DNA from: an uncultured Lachnospiraceae bacterium
GTDB lineage: Bacteria > Bacillota > Clostridia > Lachnospirales > Anaerotignaceae
Direction of reading: 5' to 3'
Length of the DNA: 64,000 bases
NCBI GenBank assembly: GCA_944383855.1
Contig: CALWRB010000034.1
Span: forward strand, 425-64,424
The translations under genes and the position numbers were made by a program. The notes under the pieces are model-generated. The model saw only the letters and a list, made by a program, of their open reading frames with translations. It was not told where the DNA came from and did no database searches. Shown here piece after piece: positions 9,650 to 21,200 of this stretch (positions are counted from its first letter, which is position 1; each line of letters starts with the position of its first letter).

Positions 9650-9685
9650 AAAAAAAGAGCACGTTGTCAAACAACATACTCTCTC
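9650..9685 (-). terminator. Rho-independent terminator of the amino-acid ABC operon
   Basis: Minus strand reads GAGAGUAUGUUG-UUUGA-CAACGUGCUCUU, a 12-bp stem including G-U pairs, followed by UUUUUUU. Confidence 0.75.
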
Positions 9686-9720
9686 TTTGTTCTATTTGTT
9701 GAAAACAATATTTTGATACA

Positions 9721-10467
9721 TCAAAGCACCTTTGCCAGAAAACTCTGCAAACGCTCACTCTTAGGCTGTTCAAAGATCTCCTGCGGTGTACCTTCCTCCA
9801 CCAGGCGTCCGTCGGCCATAAAGATCACACGGCTGCCCACTTCTTTCGCAAAGCCCATTTCGTGTGTTACCACGACCATTGTCATGTTTTCGTTTGCCAG
9901 CTGCTTCATAACTTCCAGTACTTCTCCTACCATCTCCGGGTCCAGAGCGGAAGTCGGCTCGTCAAACAGCATCACTTCCGGTTCCATGCAAAGCGCGCGT
10001 ACGATCGCCACACGCTGCTTCTGTCCGCCGGACAGCTGAGAAGGGTACGCATCTGCACGATCTTCCAAACCAACACGGCGCAATAAGCGCATCGCGGTTT
10101 CTTTCGCTTCCGCTTCGGATTTTTTCAGTACCTTTACCGGTGCAATGGTCATGTTTTTCAGTATCGTCATATGCGGGAACAGATTAAAATGCTGGAAAAC
10201 CATGCCCATTTTCTGACGGTGCACATTGATATCCGTCTTTTTATCTGTAATATCCACCCCATTAAAATAGATATTGCCGCCGGTCGGTACTTCCAATAAA
10301 TTCAAACATCTTAAAAAAGTGGATTTTCCGCTGCCGGAAGGACCGATCACTACCACAACTTCTCCGCGGTGAATCTCCGTATGGATACCGTCCAGTGCCT
10401 TGATCAGACCACCACGGTAATATTTCTGCAGTCCAACTACTTGAATCAACGCTTTTTCATCGTTCAC
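9721..10467 (-). CDS. Polar amino-acid ABC transporter, ATP-binding protein
   Basis: Walker [10 protein letters not shown], signature [11 protein letters not shown] and Walker [12 protein letters not shown]; GlnQ/ArtP-like. Confidence 0.95.
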   Translation of the reverse strand: MNDEKALIQVVGLQKYYRGGLIKALDGIHTEIHRGEVVVVIGPSGSGKSTFLRCLNLLEVPTGGNIYFNGVDITDKKTDINVHRQKMGMVFQHFNLFPHMTILKNMTIAPVKVLKKSEAEAKETAMRLLRRVGLEDRADAYPSQLSGGQKQRVAIVRALCMEPEVMLFDEPTSALDPEMVGEVLEVMKQLANENMTMVVVTHEMGFAKEVGSRVIFMADGRLVEEGTPQEIFEQPKSERLQSFLAKVL

Positions 10468-11185
10468 TGTTTCTCAGCCTCCTCTCCAGTCTGCCCACCA
10501 GGAATGTAAAGAACATGACCAAAATCAGATATACCAACGCCACAGCGATCAACGGCGGAAGCGCATCGAAGGTACGGCTGCGGATAATATCGCCGCCTTT
10601 AGTCAAATCGTTCATCGCTACATAACCGGATACGGAAGTTTCTTTCAATAATACGATAAATTCATTTGCCAACGCAGGCAAAACATTCTTAAATGCCTGC
10701 GGAATGATGATAAACCACATTGTTCTGGTATAGTTAAAGCCAAGGCTGCGCCCCGCCTCAAACTGCCCCGCATCGATGGACATGATACCGCTTCGAAAAA
10801 TCTCCGCTACATACGCACCGGAGTTAATGCCAAATGCTAAGGTTGCCACCAACAGTTTATTTGTAGTAGACGCCATGATTACAAAGTACATCAGCATCAG
10901 CTGAACAACGACAGGCGTGCCGCGTACGACCGTCAGATATACCTTACAGATGAAATTGAGGATATACAACAGCACTTTCCAGATACTCCAACGCATCTCA
11001 TCTTTATTTTTATCGTAAGTCGAGCGAATGATCGCCACCAAAATACCGATGGCAATGCCTAAGATTACCGCAAAAAAGGTGATTTGCAGCGTAACTGCCA
11101 AACCGTCTGTCAGGTATCTCCACCTATCGTCTTCTATGAAGTTATATATCAATCTTGCCTTCCATTCGGCTAACCATTCAGCCAA
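10457..11185 (-). CDS. Polar amino-acid ABC transporter permease (His/Glu/Gln/Arg family)
   Basis: 242 aa multi-TM protein with an EAA-like loop ([23 protein letters not shown]). Overlaps the ATPase gene by 11 nt. Confidence 0.9.
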   Translation of the reverse strand: MAEWLAEWKARLIYNFIEDDRWRYLTDGLAVTLQITFFAVILGIAIGILVAIIRSTYDKNKDEMRWSIWKVLLYILNFICKVYLTVVRGTPVVVQLMLMYFVIMASTTNKLLVATLAFGINSGAYVAEIFRSGIMSIDAGQFEAGRSLGFNYTRTMWFIIIPQAFKNVLPALANEFIVLLKETSVSGYVAMNDLTKGGDIIRSRTFDALPPLIAVALVYLILVMFFTFLVGRLERRLRNSER

Positions 11186-11290
11186 GCTGATTCCCCCTCT
11201 GTTTTACGGCTTATTTGTCACAAATAGGGGTGACTCAAAAGCCACCCCCACTTTTTTCATTCGCTTATCTGAAATCTTGCAGAGCAATGC

Positions 11291-12100
11291 TTATTCAGCG
11301 GAAATATACTTGTCAATGATGCTCTGTACAGTACCGTCTGCGATCAGTTCCTGCAATGCAGTGTTTACTTCATCTTTCAGTGCGCTGTCTTTTGCAAAGC
11401 AGATTGCATACTCTTCTACTGCATATTCAGTATCCAAAATTACAAGACCCTCGTTTGCTGCTACAAAGCTCTTTGCGGGTTCGTTATCGATGATCACGCA
11501 GTCTACTTTATCCTGCGTCAGCGCCATAACGGCATCTGCACCTTTATTGAATCTTTCTACTGTGCCAAGACCTTCGTCCTCAATATCCCATGTGGAGAAC
11601 AAGTCACCAGTTGTACCTGTCTGCACACCGACTACTGTGTTTGCGCCTTCTGCAAACAGATCGTCAACGGAAGTGATGGGAGAGCCTTCTTTTACAATAA
11701 TTACCTGTACGCCTGTTGCGTAAGTGTCGGAAAAGTCTACGCTTTCCAAACGATCTTCTGTGATGGTCATACCTGCCATACCGAAGTCAGCCTTGCCTGT
11801 GGAAACAGCTGTAATGATGGAATCAAATGCCATATCCTCTACTGTTACTTCGTAACCCAGCTTTTCGCCGATCGCTTTTGCGATCTCAACGTCGATACCG
11901 GTCACTTCGCTGCCTTCGTAGTATTCATACGGAGGGAATTCAGCGTTAGTTGCCATTACCAAAACCTGCGCTTCGTCCTGTGCTGTGTCATCGCCTGTTG
12001 TGCCTTCTTCTGTTGTAGAAGAAGAACCGCAGGATGCCAAAGCAACTGTCAGCACAGCAGCCATTGCCATTGCCATTACGTTTCTCAAATACTTTTTCAT
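11291..12100 (-). CDS. Amino-acid ABC transporter substrate-binding lipoprotein (SBP family 3)
   Basis: Begins MKKYLRNVMAMAMAAVLTVALASCGSS, a lipobox LASC. Start set at 12100 with TAGGAGG upstream; the 70 extra codons in the track ORF lack an RBS. Confidence 0.9.
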   Translation of the reverse strand: MKKYLRNVMAMAMAAVLTVALASCGSSSTTEEGTTGDDTAQDEAQVLVMATNAEFPPYEYYEGSEVTGIDVEIAKAIGEKLGYEVTVEDMAFDSIITAVSTGKADFGMAGMTITEDRLESVDFSDTYATGVQVIIVKEGSPITSVDDLFAEGANTVVGVQTGTTGDLFSTWDIEDEGLGTVERFNKGADAVMALTQDKVDCVIIDNEPAKSFVAANEGLVILDTEYAVEEYAICFAKDSALKDEVNTALQELIADGTVQSIIDKYISAE

Positions 12101-12378
12101 GATACATAGCCTCCTAAAATATTGTGCTCCCTGATCGGCGCTATGCCGATATCCATTACATACACAAAGAATTATACTATCCCGATGCATAGAATCCAAT
12201 CGGCAAAATTCACGATATATCTCAACTTTTTCTTCGTTTTTTACAACCTTTTTACCGTTCTTTTTGGGATATTTCCTTTTTCGCGTTGTTTTTTCCAAGA
12301 CGGAACGCATTACAAAAAAATCAAAATCCCTTCTATTCTGGATTTTTATGCATCGTTTTTTCTAATAATGTATATTTT

Positions 12379-13650
12379 TCAGTGCGCATTGCGATTGATA
12401 AACTCCGGTTTCAGCTTAGAATACATGATTTTCTGCTCAGAATACAGTCCGTAATACCCCGAAAGCATATAACTGATCGCGCACACCAGTGCGTAATACG
12501 GCAATCCGCCCGCGCCGTAAAGCTCCACGCAAAGTAAGATCGCTGCCAACGGACTGTTCGTCACACCGCAAAACAGCCCCGCCAGACCGAGCCCCGCCGC
12601 AAACGAAGGGGAAAGTCCCAAAACCGAGCCCGCCACACAGCCGAATGTCGCTCCCACAAAAAAGGAAGGAACGATCTCGCCGCCTTTGTAGCCTGCCCCC
12701 AGTGTGACCGCGGTAAAAATGATCTTCAGCAAAAACGCTTCCGGTTTGGCTTCTCCCTGCATCGCCAGCGCGATGATGTCCATGCCCGCACCGTTATAAT
12801 CCCGGCACCCGGACAGGTAGGTCAGCGCAATCACCAGACAACCGCCTGCAAATATCCTGATCCAGCGATTGGGAAGATACTTTTGATACGCCTTTCCCAC
12901 GCCTTCCATACACAGGCAAAACACCATGCTTAGCAGCGCACAGCCAAGCCCCAGCAGTGCCACCTGCAAACAAACTGCGAAGTCGATCTGTGCCGGCACT
13001 CCCGCCAGCACATACGATGCGGGCGCCACCCCTGCCCAAGCGGAAAGCCCCGCCCCAATCAATGCCGCAAGGATACACGGTACGATCGCAGAATAGTGCA
13101 TCACACCGACCGTGATAACTTCCATCGCAAACACGACCGCTGTCACCGGTGTACCGAATAAAGCGGAAAAACCCGCACTCATACCGCACATGGTAATGAT
13201 TCGTTCGTCTTTTTCGTTCAAATGCACCCACCTGCCGATGCTGGAAGCAATACAACCGCCCAACTGCAGCGCGGCACCTTCCCTACCGACCGAACCGCCC
13301 AACAGATGCGTAATGATCGTACTGATAAAAATTAACGGCGCGGTAAGCAGCGAAAGCTTTTCATTGGAACGCACCGCCACCAAAATAAAATTGGTCCCGC
13401 GGTCATTTTGCAATCCCGCAGCGCAGTACAATCCCACAATCACTAAACCGCCCACCGGCAGCAGCCACAGCAGGAAATCATGTTCCTGCCGCAGGAATGT
13501 CACCTGTTCCAATGCCAAATGAAACCCCAATCCGACAAGTCCGACCGTAATTCCGATCACACACCCCAGAATCAGCCAGCGTACAAACGCTTTTGCCCCT
13601 TTTTGAAAGCTTCTGAACTCACGAAATATTTCTTCCTGCCGCAGCATCAC
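12379..13650 (-). CDS. ClC family voltage-gated chloride channel / anion:proton antiporter (short form, no CBS domains)
   Basis: 423 aa, about 10 or more TM segments, ClC motif GGSVGREGAALQLG. Start is GTG 13650 or the adjacent ATG 13647. Confidence 0.85.
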   Translation of the reverse strand: MMLRQEEIFREFRSFQKGAKAFVRWLILGCVIGITVGLVGLGFHLALEQVTFLRQEHDFLLWLLPVGGLVIVGLYCAAGLQNDRGTNFILVAVRSNEKLSLLTAPLIFISTIITHLLGGSVGREGAALQLGGCIASSIGRWVHLNEKDERIITMCGMSAGFSALFGTPVTAVVFAMEVITVGVMHYSAIVPCILAALIGAGLSAWAGVAPASYVLAGVPAQIDFAVCLQVALLGLGCALLSMVFCLCMEGVGKAYQKYLPNRWIRIFAGGCLVIALTYLSGCRDYNGAGMDIIALAMQGEAKPEAFLLKIIFTAVTLGAGYKGGEIVPSFFVGATFGCVAGSVLGLSPSFAAGLGLAGLFCGVTNSPLAAILLCVELYGAGGLPYYALVCAISYMLSGYYGLYSEQKIMYSKLKPEFINRNAH

Positions 13651-13788
13651 AAATACCCCTTATCTTTTTTCCCGTCATTTTCACAAAACTTCGAACTCAT
13701 TGTAAACCGAATCCCTCTTTTTGGCAAGTGGCGGAAAAAAAGCGGCTGCCTTTTTATAAAAAGACCGCCGCCTCTTTGTGCCATATAC

Positions 13789-16140
13789 TTATGGGTCGTT
13801 CTGCTGCTCCTGCTGCGGCAGTTCTGCTTCACTTTCTTCTTCCGGCATATTCTCCGCGGCATCTTCTATCTCTTGGAGCCGTGCCATTTCCGCCGCTTCT
13901 TTCGCCATTTTTTCCTGCAAAAGTTCGCCCGTCTGCGGATCACGCCACAGAGGAATCGTCACGATCGCTTTAAATAAGTCGCCATCTACCTGTATGCAGA
14001 AAGTACCGCCCTGCAGTTCCGCCAGACTCTGTGTGATAGAAAGCCCTAACCCGGAGCCTTCTGTCGTGCGGGAAGCATCTCCTCGCACAAACCGCTCGGT
14101 CAATGTGGACGCATCAAAATCCATCGGCGCGTCGGAAATATTTTTCATCACTAAAACGCCTTCGTCTTCCTGCGCATAAATGTCCACATAAACTCTGGAA
14201 TGCGGCATAGCGTATTTTACGGTGTTGGACAGCAGGTTTTCCAAAATCCGCCACATATGTCTGCCATCACCGTCAATATAAACCGGTTCCGGGCAGCTCA
14301 GCTTCATTTCCAGACCCGCGTCCTCGATCTTTTCTTCCATCTCACCCACAGCCTGCATCGTTACTTCTCTCAGATCCAGACACATCTTTACAACCTTCAG
14401 ATTTCCACTGGAAGCCTTGCTTGCTTCGATCAAATCTTCGATCAGCTGTTTCAGACGATAAGATTTTTCATAGATCACCTGCACATAACTATCTGCCACA
14501 GAATTTTGCAAAGACTCCTTATGCAGTAGATCCGCATAAGTGATGATGGAAGTCAGGGGTGTTTTCAGATCGTGTGATACATTCGTAATCAGCTCTGTCT
14601 TCATTCGCTCACCTTTGACCGCCTTATCCACGGCATTTTTCAAACCGTCCTGAATATTGGCAATATCCTCCGCAAAGTTCAGGAAAGAAGGTGAAATATG
14701 CGCCAAATCGATCTGATAGTCGAGATTTCCCTTCGATGTTTCTCTTGCAGATATCATAATGTGTTTTAGCGAGCGCAGCGCACGCAAAAACAGATACAGA
14801 CAAAACAGGTTGAAAAACACCAGTATGCCAAAGCTGACCAGGCACCCGGTGGGATTGCCCCACAACAAACAAAGAACCAAGAAGAACGTCAGCACACAGT
14901 TTCCCGCCCCGTAGGCAAACATCACAAAAATCATCCACCCGCGGAATGTTTTTCCCGTAAAAAGGGAAGCGATTCTGCGAATCAGCACGGAAATGAGCGT
15001 ATTGCGCAAAAGGCGCTTGCCTTTGATCTGTCTGGTGATCGAAAGGATATAGCTCAAACCAGCAGCCGCATCGATCAAATAGACAATTCCCAATATTGTC
15101 GTTAAAATATATGCCCAAAAACCAACTGCCCCCAAATACCAGATGCTGTTTAAAATATTGCTTGCAATAATCACGGAAAACAGCGCCAGCAGCAGCATCA
15201 TCAGAAAATGCAGTTCATTATATACTCTGTCCACCAGCATATAGTGCACTTCTCCGCCGCGTTCTTTCTGTCCTGCAACGCGGATCAGATAAAGCACGCA
15301 GGCTGCCGCAAGCAGCGCACTGATCACGCAGCCCGTAAAGAGAATGCCAATGCTTTCTTTCGCCAAGGAAAAATCCTGCTGTTGCTGAAAAAATTCATCT
15401 CCCTGTTGCAGCGGGTCTGCAATAGCGGCATAGATTTTACAGCCGCTTTCTGTCAGAATACTGTTGGAATAATTGTAATATACGTTTCTGCTCAGACTGT
15501 CCGAGGTAAACTCGCCGGATGCCACAATGGTCCGCGGCATTTGCCGCAGTACTTCGGGATCGATATTGCCTGCCACCAGATTGCCGTCTGCATTTTCAAT
15601 ATAGTAATAAAAATTGACCGCCTGGTCCAAATACCGCTTAAACGCACGATAATCGTCCAACTGGGTTTCAATGGTCATATCATAATAGATCGGCAGACTA
15701 TTCTGTACCAGATAGCGGTATTCTTCAAAATTAGCCTGCAACGATGCCGGAATCTCTCCCGTAACAATCAGATCGTCATAAGTATCGTTGATCTCGGTAT
15801 TTGCCGTAATGATGCCGTCATTGATCCAATAATACTGCTTAAACCCATTGATGAGATCCTCTCTGTTGATGGCATTGCCTTGGGAGATGTTTTCCTCATT
15901 TTGATAATAGATATGTACCCCGACCACACAGTCCATGACATAGAAAAACTGGTCATGGAACAACTGTGTATCATAATATTCCTCCTGATTGACCACTTCT
16001 TCGATATTCCATGTTCTGGAAACGTTGCTAAACACAACGCCGCAAAAAAAGATCACACTGACGCACAGAAAGAACACACACGTCGCAAGTACCTTCCATT
16101 TTGTGCGGTAACTTTTATACTTTCTCGATTTTGTAGCCAA
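13789..16140 (-). CDS. Sensor histidine kinase with a large extracytoplasmic N-terminal domain, a multi-TM block and an acidic C-terminal tail
   Basis: H-box ELITNVSHDLKTPLTSI, HATPase N and G boxes (LLSNTVKYA, GSGLGLSI). TTG start at 16140 overlaps the response-regulator gene by 26 nt. Confidence 0.85.
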   Translation of the reverse strand: MATKSRKYKSYRTKWKVLATCVFFLCVSVIFFCGVVFSNVSRTWNIEEVVNQEEYYDTQLFHDQFFYVMDCVVGVHIYYQNEENISQGNAINREDLINGFKQYYWINDGIITANTEINDTYDDLIVTGEIPASLQANFEEYRYLVQNSLPIYYDMTIETQLDDYRAFKRYLDQAVNFYYYIENADGNLVAGNIDPEVLRQMPRTIVASGEFTSDSLSRNVYYNYSNSILTESGCKIYAAIADPLQQGDEFFQQQQDFSLAKESIGILFTGCVISALLAAACVLYLIRVAGQKERGGEVHYMLVDRVYNELHFLMMLLLALFSVIIASNILNSIWYLGAVGFWAYILTTILGIVYLIDAAAGLSYILSITRQIKGKRLLRNTLISVLIRRIASLFTGKTFRGWMIFVMFAYGAGNCVLTFFLVLCLLWGNPTGCLVSFGILVFFNLFCLYLFLRALRSLKHIMISARETSKGNLDYQIDLAHISPSFLNFAEDIANIQDGLKNAVDKAVKGERMKTELITNVSHDLKTPLTSIITYADLLHKESLQNSVADSYVQVIYEKSYRLKQLIEDLIEASKASSGNLKVVKMCLDLREVTMQAVGEMEEKIEDAGLEMKLSCPEPVYIDGDGRHMWRILENLLSNTVKYAMPHSRVYVDIYAQEDEGVLVMKNISDAPMDFDASTLTERFVRGDASRTTEGSGLGLSITQSLAELQGGTFCIQVDGDLFKAIVTIPLWRDPQTGELLQEKMAKEAAEMARLQEIEDAAENMPEEESEAELPQQEQQNDP

Positions 16141-16816
16141 TCCCCCACACCACCTTCAGATACTTTGGCTCTTTCGGGTTGATTTCAATTTTTTCACGAA
16201 TCCTTCTGATATGCACGGAAACTGTATTCTCCGGTGCAAAAGATAACTCGTTCCATACTTTCTCATAAATCTGATCGATGGAAAATACCTTCCCCGCATT
16301 TTCCATCAAAAGCTGCAAAATGCCGTATTCGGTCGCGGTCAACTTCACCGGCTCGCCTTCTACACGCACTTCTTTTGCGTCTTTATCCAACTCCAGTGCG
16401 CCGATTTTGATGACATTGCTTTTTTCCGCAATACTGCCCAGTGAAGTATAGCGGCGCATCTGGCTTTTGACCCGTGCCAACAGTTCCAATGGATTGAAGG
16501 GTTTTGTGATATAATCGTCCGCACCGAAATTCAATCCCAAAATCTTATCCGTATCCTCGGATTTCGCGGATAAAATAATGATAGGAATATTCAATGTTTC
16601 ACGAATTTTCACTGTGGTATTCAATCCGTCCATCTTCGGCATCATCACATCCAGAAGAATCAGATGGATTTCATTTTCCTCCAGCGCGCGCAGCGCTTCC
16701 AGACCGTTATAAGCTTTGATAATATTGTAATTTTCCTGTTTCAAGTAAATTTCAATGGCATCCACAATGCTCTTGTCATCGTCGCATACCAAAATGTTAT
16801 ACCGTTCCTGTTCCAT
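16115..16816 (-). CDS. OmpR/PhoB-family response regulator
   Basis: Receiver domain (NILVCDDD...LLDVMMPKMDG...SAKSE) plus a winged-helix C-terminus (LTATEYGILQLL...VWGIGYK). Confidence 0.95.
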   Translation of the reverse strand: MEQERYNILVCDDDKSIVDAIEIYLKQENYNIIKAYNGLEALRALEENEIHLILLDVMMPKMDGLNTTVKIRETLNIPIIILSAKSEDTDKILGLNFGADDYITKPFNPLELLARVKSQMRRYTSLGSIAEKSNVIKIGALELDKDAKEVRVEGEPVKLTATEYGILQLLMENAGKVFSIDQIYEKVWNELSFAPENTVSVHIRRIREKIEINPKEPKYLKVVWGIGYKIEKV

Positions 16817-17044
16817 CAGCGGTTACCCCCTTACGTTATCCCTATTGGTTTCTATGCATTAGCTTAACAGTTCTGTATTACAAAAAAACGGTAGTTCTCT
16901 TAAAAAAATCTTAATTCTCTGTAAATCTTTGTCAATCCTTTGCATTTATTGTACTAATTGTACCATTTTTTCGAGCAAAAAGGAAGAGGACACCCTTCTT
17001 TTCCAAAAAGGAAGCCCTCTTTTTTCTCTTTATTATACTCCGTT

Positions 17045-17275
17045 TTACTCTTCTGCACACTGCTTTCCGTAAGGGATCAGCACTACTTCACAATCTTCAC
17101 AGCGGTAGGCATAAACCGCCCGATTTCCATTTTCCGGAATATTTTCCAGATAAAACGCGCCTTTTCCCAAGCAAGATAACGCTGCGACCCACTGTTTTTT
17201 CTCCGTCCAGACCACACCGTCACGGCACTGGATATAGCCTTTTGTCATTTCCTTGTTGCAATACGGGCATTTCAT
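17045..17275 (-). CDS. Small zinc-ribbon protein of unknown function
   Basis: 76 aa with CPYC...CEDC cysteine pairs. RBS AAAGGAGAG lies 16 nt after the upstream DMT gene stop. Confidence 0.6.
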   Translation of the reverse strand: MKCPYCNKEMTKGYIQCRDGVVWTEKKQWVAALSCLGKGAFYLENIPENGNRAVYAYRCEDCEVVLIPYGKQCAEE

Positions 17276-17291
17276 GCTTTTCTCTCCTTTC

Positions 17292-18179
17292 TCAACTTCC
17301 CGCTGTCTTCTCTGCCCCGCTGAGAAATACCACGGCGCCCAACACCATCAGAACTCCCAGCACTTTATGCAGTGAAACCTCCTCCTGATAAATCAAAACA
17401 CCGAACACCGCCGCCAGCGCAGGCTCCAATGTCGCTGTCATAGAAGCCTTGCTTGGCTCTAATCGGCTCAATCCGATGGTATAGCTTAAAAAAGGGATCA
17501 GTGTCGTCACCAGACTGAAGCAGATCATATGCAGCCAAAGCCCCTGCTCTGTGATTTTTTCAAACAAAGCGATCGGCTGAATGCAAAAGAGCAAAAACAC
17601 CGCCGCAATACTAAAGGTATAAAACGAAACCGTGAACGGCTGGTATCCTTTTTTTAAGGCAAACGTCCCAAAAATACTGTAAAGCGCATAGCCAAATCCC
17701 GCACCGAGCCCCAAAAGCAGTCCGCCAAGCCCAAGCGCGCCGCTGTCTTTCCAAAAAGCGGAAACCAGCGCACAGCCGCACATAGTCATTCCCAGCACCA
17801 ACAGTTTCCTGCCCCGCAGCTTCTCTCCGAAACAAATCGCCGACATCAGCAGCACAAAGGCAGGCGCGGTATACAGCAACACCGCTGCCACCCCCATACC
17901 GATCTTCAAGATCGCCGTGAAATAACACATACTGAAAAACACGAAACTGCAAATGCCTGTTCCTAAAAAACACCAGATATCGGTCATTTTTTTCAGTTTG
18001 AGCTGACGCCTGTCCCGACACAGCATCACCACGCCAAGCAAAGGCGCACTAAAGAGCACCCGCAGAAACAAAAGTTCCTGTGAGGTAAAACCCATTGCCG
18101 TAAAAGGCTGTGTGAACAGCCCCATCGTCGCCCAAAGCGTCGCCGCTAAGATGACCCAGATATATGATCTTGCTTTCAT
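17292..18179 (-). CDS. DMT/EamA family transporter
   Basis: Ten-TM layout with two EamA-like halves. Start set to MKARSYIWVILAATLWATMG at 18179, which removes the overlap with addA. Confidence 0.85.
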   Translation of the reverse strand: MKARSYIWVILAATLWATMGLFTQPFTAMGFTSQELLFLRVLFSAPLLGVVMLCRDRRQLKLKKMTDIWCFLGTGICSFVFFSMCYFTAILKIGMGVAAVLLYTAPAFVLLMSAICFGEKLRGRKLLVLGMTMCGCALVSAFWKDSGALGLGGLLLGLGAGFGYALYSIFGTFALKKGYQPFTVSFYTFSIAAVFLLFCIQPIALFEKITEQGLWLHMICFSLVTTLIPFLSYTIGLSRLEPSKASMTATLEPALAAVFGVLIYQEEVSLHKVLGVLMVLGAVVFLSGAEKTAGS

Positions 18180-18223
18180 TGGTTTGTTCCTTCCTATCGG
18201 CATCGCTAACAAAGCCGATACCG

Positions 18224-21200
18224 CTACAGTCTGATCTCTTTTTGCAGAGAAAATGCATAAATGTAACATTCGTTCACCGGCGTCTGTGTCAAGCTTTCCA
18301 ATGCTCTGCGGTACAGCTGAAGCTGAATGGCATAACGCTTGCGAAAACCTTCTTCGCTTGCGATGCGGTCACTTTTATAATCTAACAGCACCCACGCGCC
18401 GTCCTCTTTGAAACAGCAGTCGATGACACCGTTAATTAAAACCTTTTCCTCCACATTATCGTATATTCCGTTTGGAAAAATATCCTTTGCCTCCATCAGA
18501 ACAGAAAACTGCTGCTCTTTTTTGATCTCTTTCGCCACTTGCATTCGTTTCGCCAAATCAGAAGAAAAGAACGTCCGCAATCTGTCAAACGGCAGGGTAT
18601 CCGCTTCCTCTTTGGTAAGTATCTCTTTTTGGACCAGTTCTTCGGCAAATGCACGCAGTGCCGTTTTATCCCACACCTGCGTAAAGTCGGCTTCTTCCAA
18701 AAAAGTATGCAGTGCCGTACCTCTTTGCGTCGCAGTCAGCCTGCCCGTTTCCTGTCTGGAAACGGAAAACATCGGCACATGATAAGGTTCCACCGTTTCT
18801 TCCGCCTGCAAAAAGCGTCGTTTGATCTCCGATATTGACATTTTCGCGGGCAAAAGCGTTGCCTGTGTGTGCGGATATGCCCAATTCAACTGGAAAGCAA
18901 CTTCTTTTTGCAGCTGTCCGCTTCCGCTTTCTTCGGGAATTTCCGGCAAAGGTTCTCTTTCAAACAATAAATTTCTGCCAAGTTCCGTTTTTCTGCGCAG
19001 TGAAAAAGAAAATTCCGCTGTCTCCACACAAACGGGCGCGTCTTCCCAAAGTCCGTCCCCCGTTTCTGTTTCCAAAAACTTTTTACCTTCCGGATGACGC
19101 AGCAGCGCCGGCATAATCCAGTCCAGAAAACTCTTTCCTCTTGCTAACAGATAAGATGGCAGAAGTATCTCCTGTCTTCTTCCGTCAGCTGCCCAGTCGG
19201 ACAGTGCTTTCGCAGCCTGCTTAACGCTTCCTGTCAAAATCAGCTTTTCTTTCGCACGCGTCAGCGCTACATACAGCACCCGCAGTTCTTCGGAAAGATT
19301 TTCCCGCCGTATGGCTTCCGCCACTGCGGTTTTACACAACGTCGTATAGCGCGCTCTTGTCTGCAAGTCGAAATAATCCAGACCGTATCCCCAATATTGG
19401 TGTAAAATCACAGGATTTTGCGCATCTTTTTGATAAAACGCCTTTCCGAGGTCCGCTGCAAACACCACAGGAAACTCCAATCCCTTGCTTTTATCTATCG
19501 GCATCACCCGAATCAGATTTTCCGCTTCCCCCGCCAATTTCGCGGAAGGCGTATCCTCCTCGGTCAGTTTTACATCTTCCACATACCGAATGAAATAAAA
19601 TAACCCTCTGCGGCTGCCTTCCTCATACTGTTCCGCTTTTTCCAGCAGCAAATCCAGATTGGCGCGGCGCAGACTGCCGCCCGCCGTCATGCCGACATAA
19701 TCATAATACCCCGTCTGTTCGTATAAATAATGCAGCAATTCGCTCAGGGTGCATTTTTCCGCCTGCTTGCGCCACTGCTCCCAGTCTGTCTGAAAGGTGC
19801 GGATCTTTTCTTTCAGCTGCTCCTCTAATGTATCCGTGTGCAGGGCTTCCTGCAAACAATCATAAAAACAACCTTCCCGATTCAGCAAACGGATCTGTGC
19901 CAACTCCTCTGCCGTAAATCCGAATACAGGGGAATGTAACAAAGAGATGAGCGGAATATCCTGCAGCGGGTTGTCCAAGATCCGCAGCATATTCAACACG
20001 GTATCCACTTCCGGCGCCTCATAATACCCCCCGCCGGTTTCTGCGTAATAAGGCACACCCGTTTCGGCGCAAACTTCCTCTAATACCGTTGCCCAAGGGC
20101 GTATGCTGCGGAATAATATCGCAATATCGCGGTATGCCAACGGGCGGTAAGCTTTCTGCTTTCTGTCGTATACCTGAAAACCGCTTTGCATCAGCTCTTG
20201 AATACGCTCCAGTATCGCAAGCAATTCCAATCTGCGTCTGTCCAGTTCTGCGATCTCCTCCGGCAGTTCCTCCTCCTCGTTTGTATCGCCGCTTTCGACT
20301 AAAATCAGTTCCGTCTGCCCGCCGCCGGGAACAGGCAGTCCCGCTTCCGGACCCGGGTACAGCATTGCTTCCTCATCATATGCCACATCGCCGAAAGCCG
20401 GGCTCATCAACTGGCGAAAAAGGAAATTGACCCCGTTTAAAACCTGTGTGCGGCTGCGAAAATTCTGCGAAAGCACGATCTTACGCTCCAACGCGCCTTT
20501 TTCTGCACGATAGCGGTGGTATTTTTCCATAAACAGCTCCGGCATCGCCAATCGGAAGCGATAAATGCTCTGCTTGACATCTCCTACCATAAAGCGGTTA
20601 TTTTTCCCTTCGCTTTCACCGGATATTGCCGTCAGTATCATCTCCTGCACAGGGTTACTGTCCTGATACTCGTCGATCATGATCTCCTCGTATTTTTTCC
20701 GTATCTCCAATGCGGCATCTGTCGGCACGACATGCCCGATCTCACTTTCTGGTTTCACTAAAATCTGCAAACAAAAATGTTCATAATCCGAAAAGTCCAG
20801 TATCTCTTTTTCCTTCTTTGCCTGCTGAAAACGCTCCAAAAACAGCAGTGTCAAACGGCTCAGTGCAGAAGCGATCGGGTAAAGCTTACGCAGCAGTTCC
20901 TCCTGTGTTTGCGCACTAAACAGAAAATACTTTTTCTGCATTGCCTGGTAGCAGGCTTTGGCACCATTGCGCAGCGACTTGATCTGCTCCGCCGTTTCTT
21001 TGTCTTTCCCGCGGTAAGGTTTGAGAGAAGCAAACTCCGCCGCAACATATGCCATTCGCATATTCGCATAGCTTTCCTGCGCAGAGTCATAAAGCGCCTG
21101 CATTTGCTCGCATTCTCTCGCAAGCTGTTCTGCGTACGCCTCAAAGCCCGACGTTTCCTGTGCAAGCTCCCAAGCAAGGCGCAGTCTGTTTTTCGCATAT

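Noticed and set aside
12101-12310. 70-codon N-terminal extension of the substrate-binding protein ORF
   Set aside because: The extension has no RBS. The internal ATG at 12100 has TAGGAGG upstream and is followed by a textbook lipoprotein signal peptide. A TTGGAT-17-TATAAT promoter lies inside the supposed extension.
13651-13788. Looked for a fluoride (crcB-motif) riboswitch upstream of the short ClC gene
   Set aside because: The leader lacks the conserved GGnGAUGG...CUGAUGAU elements. Only the kinase terminator and an ordinary RBS are visible.
16948-16963. Direct repeat ATTGTAC-TA-ATTGTAC upstream of the response-regulator gene, considered as an OmpR-type autoregulatory site
   Set aside because: The 9-bp period is off the usual 10-11 bp, and a single occurrence cannot be evaluated without comparative data.
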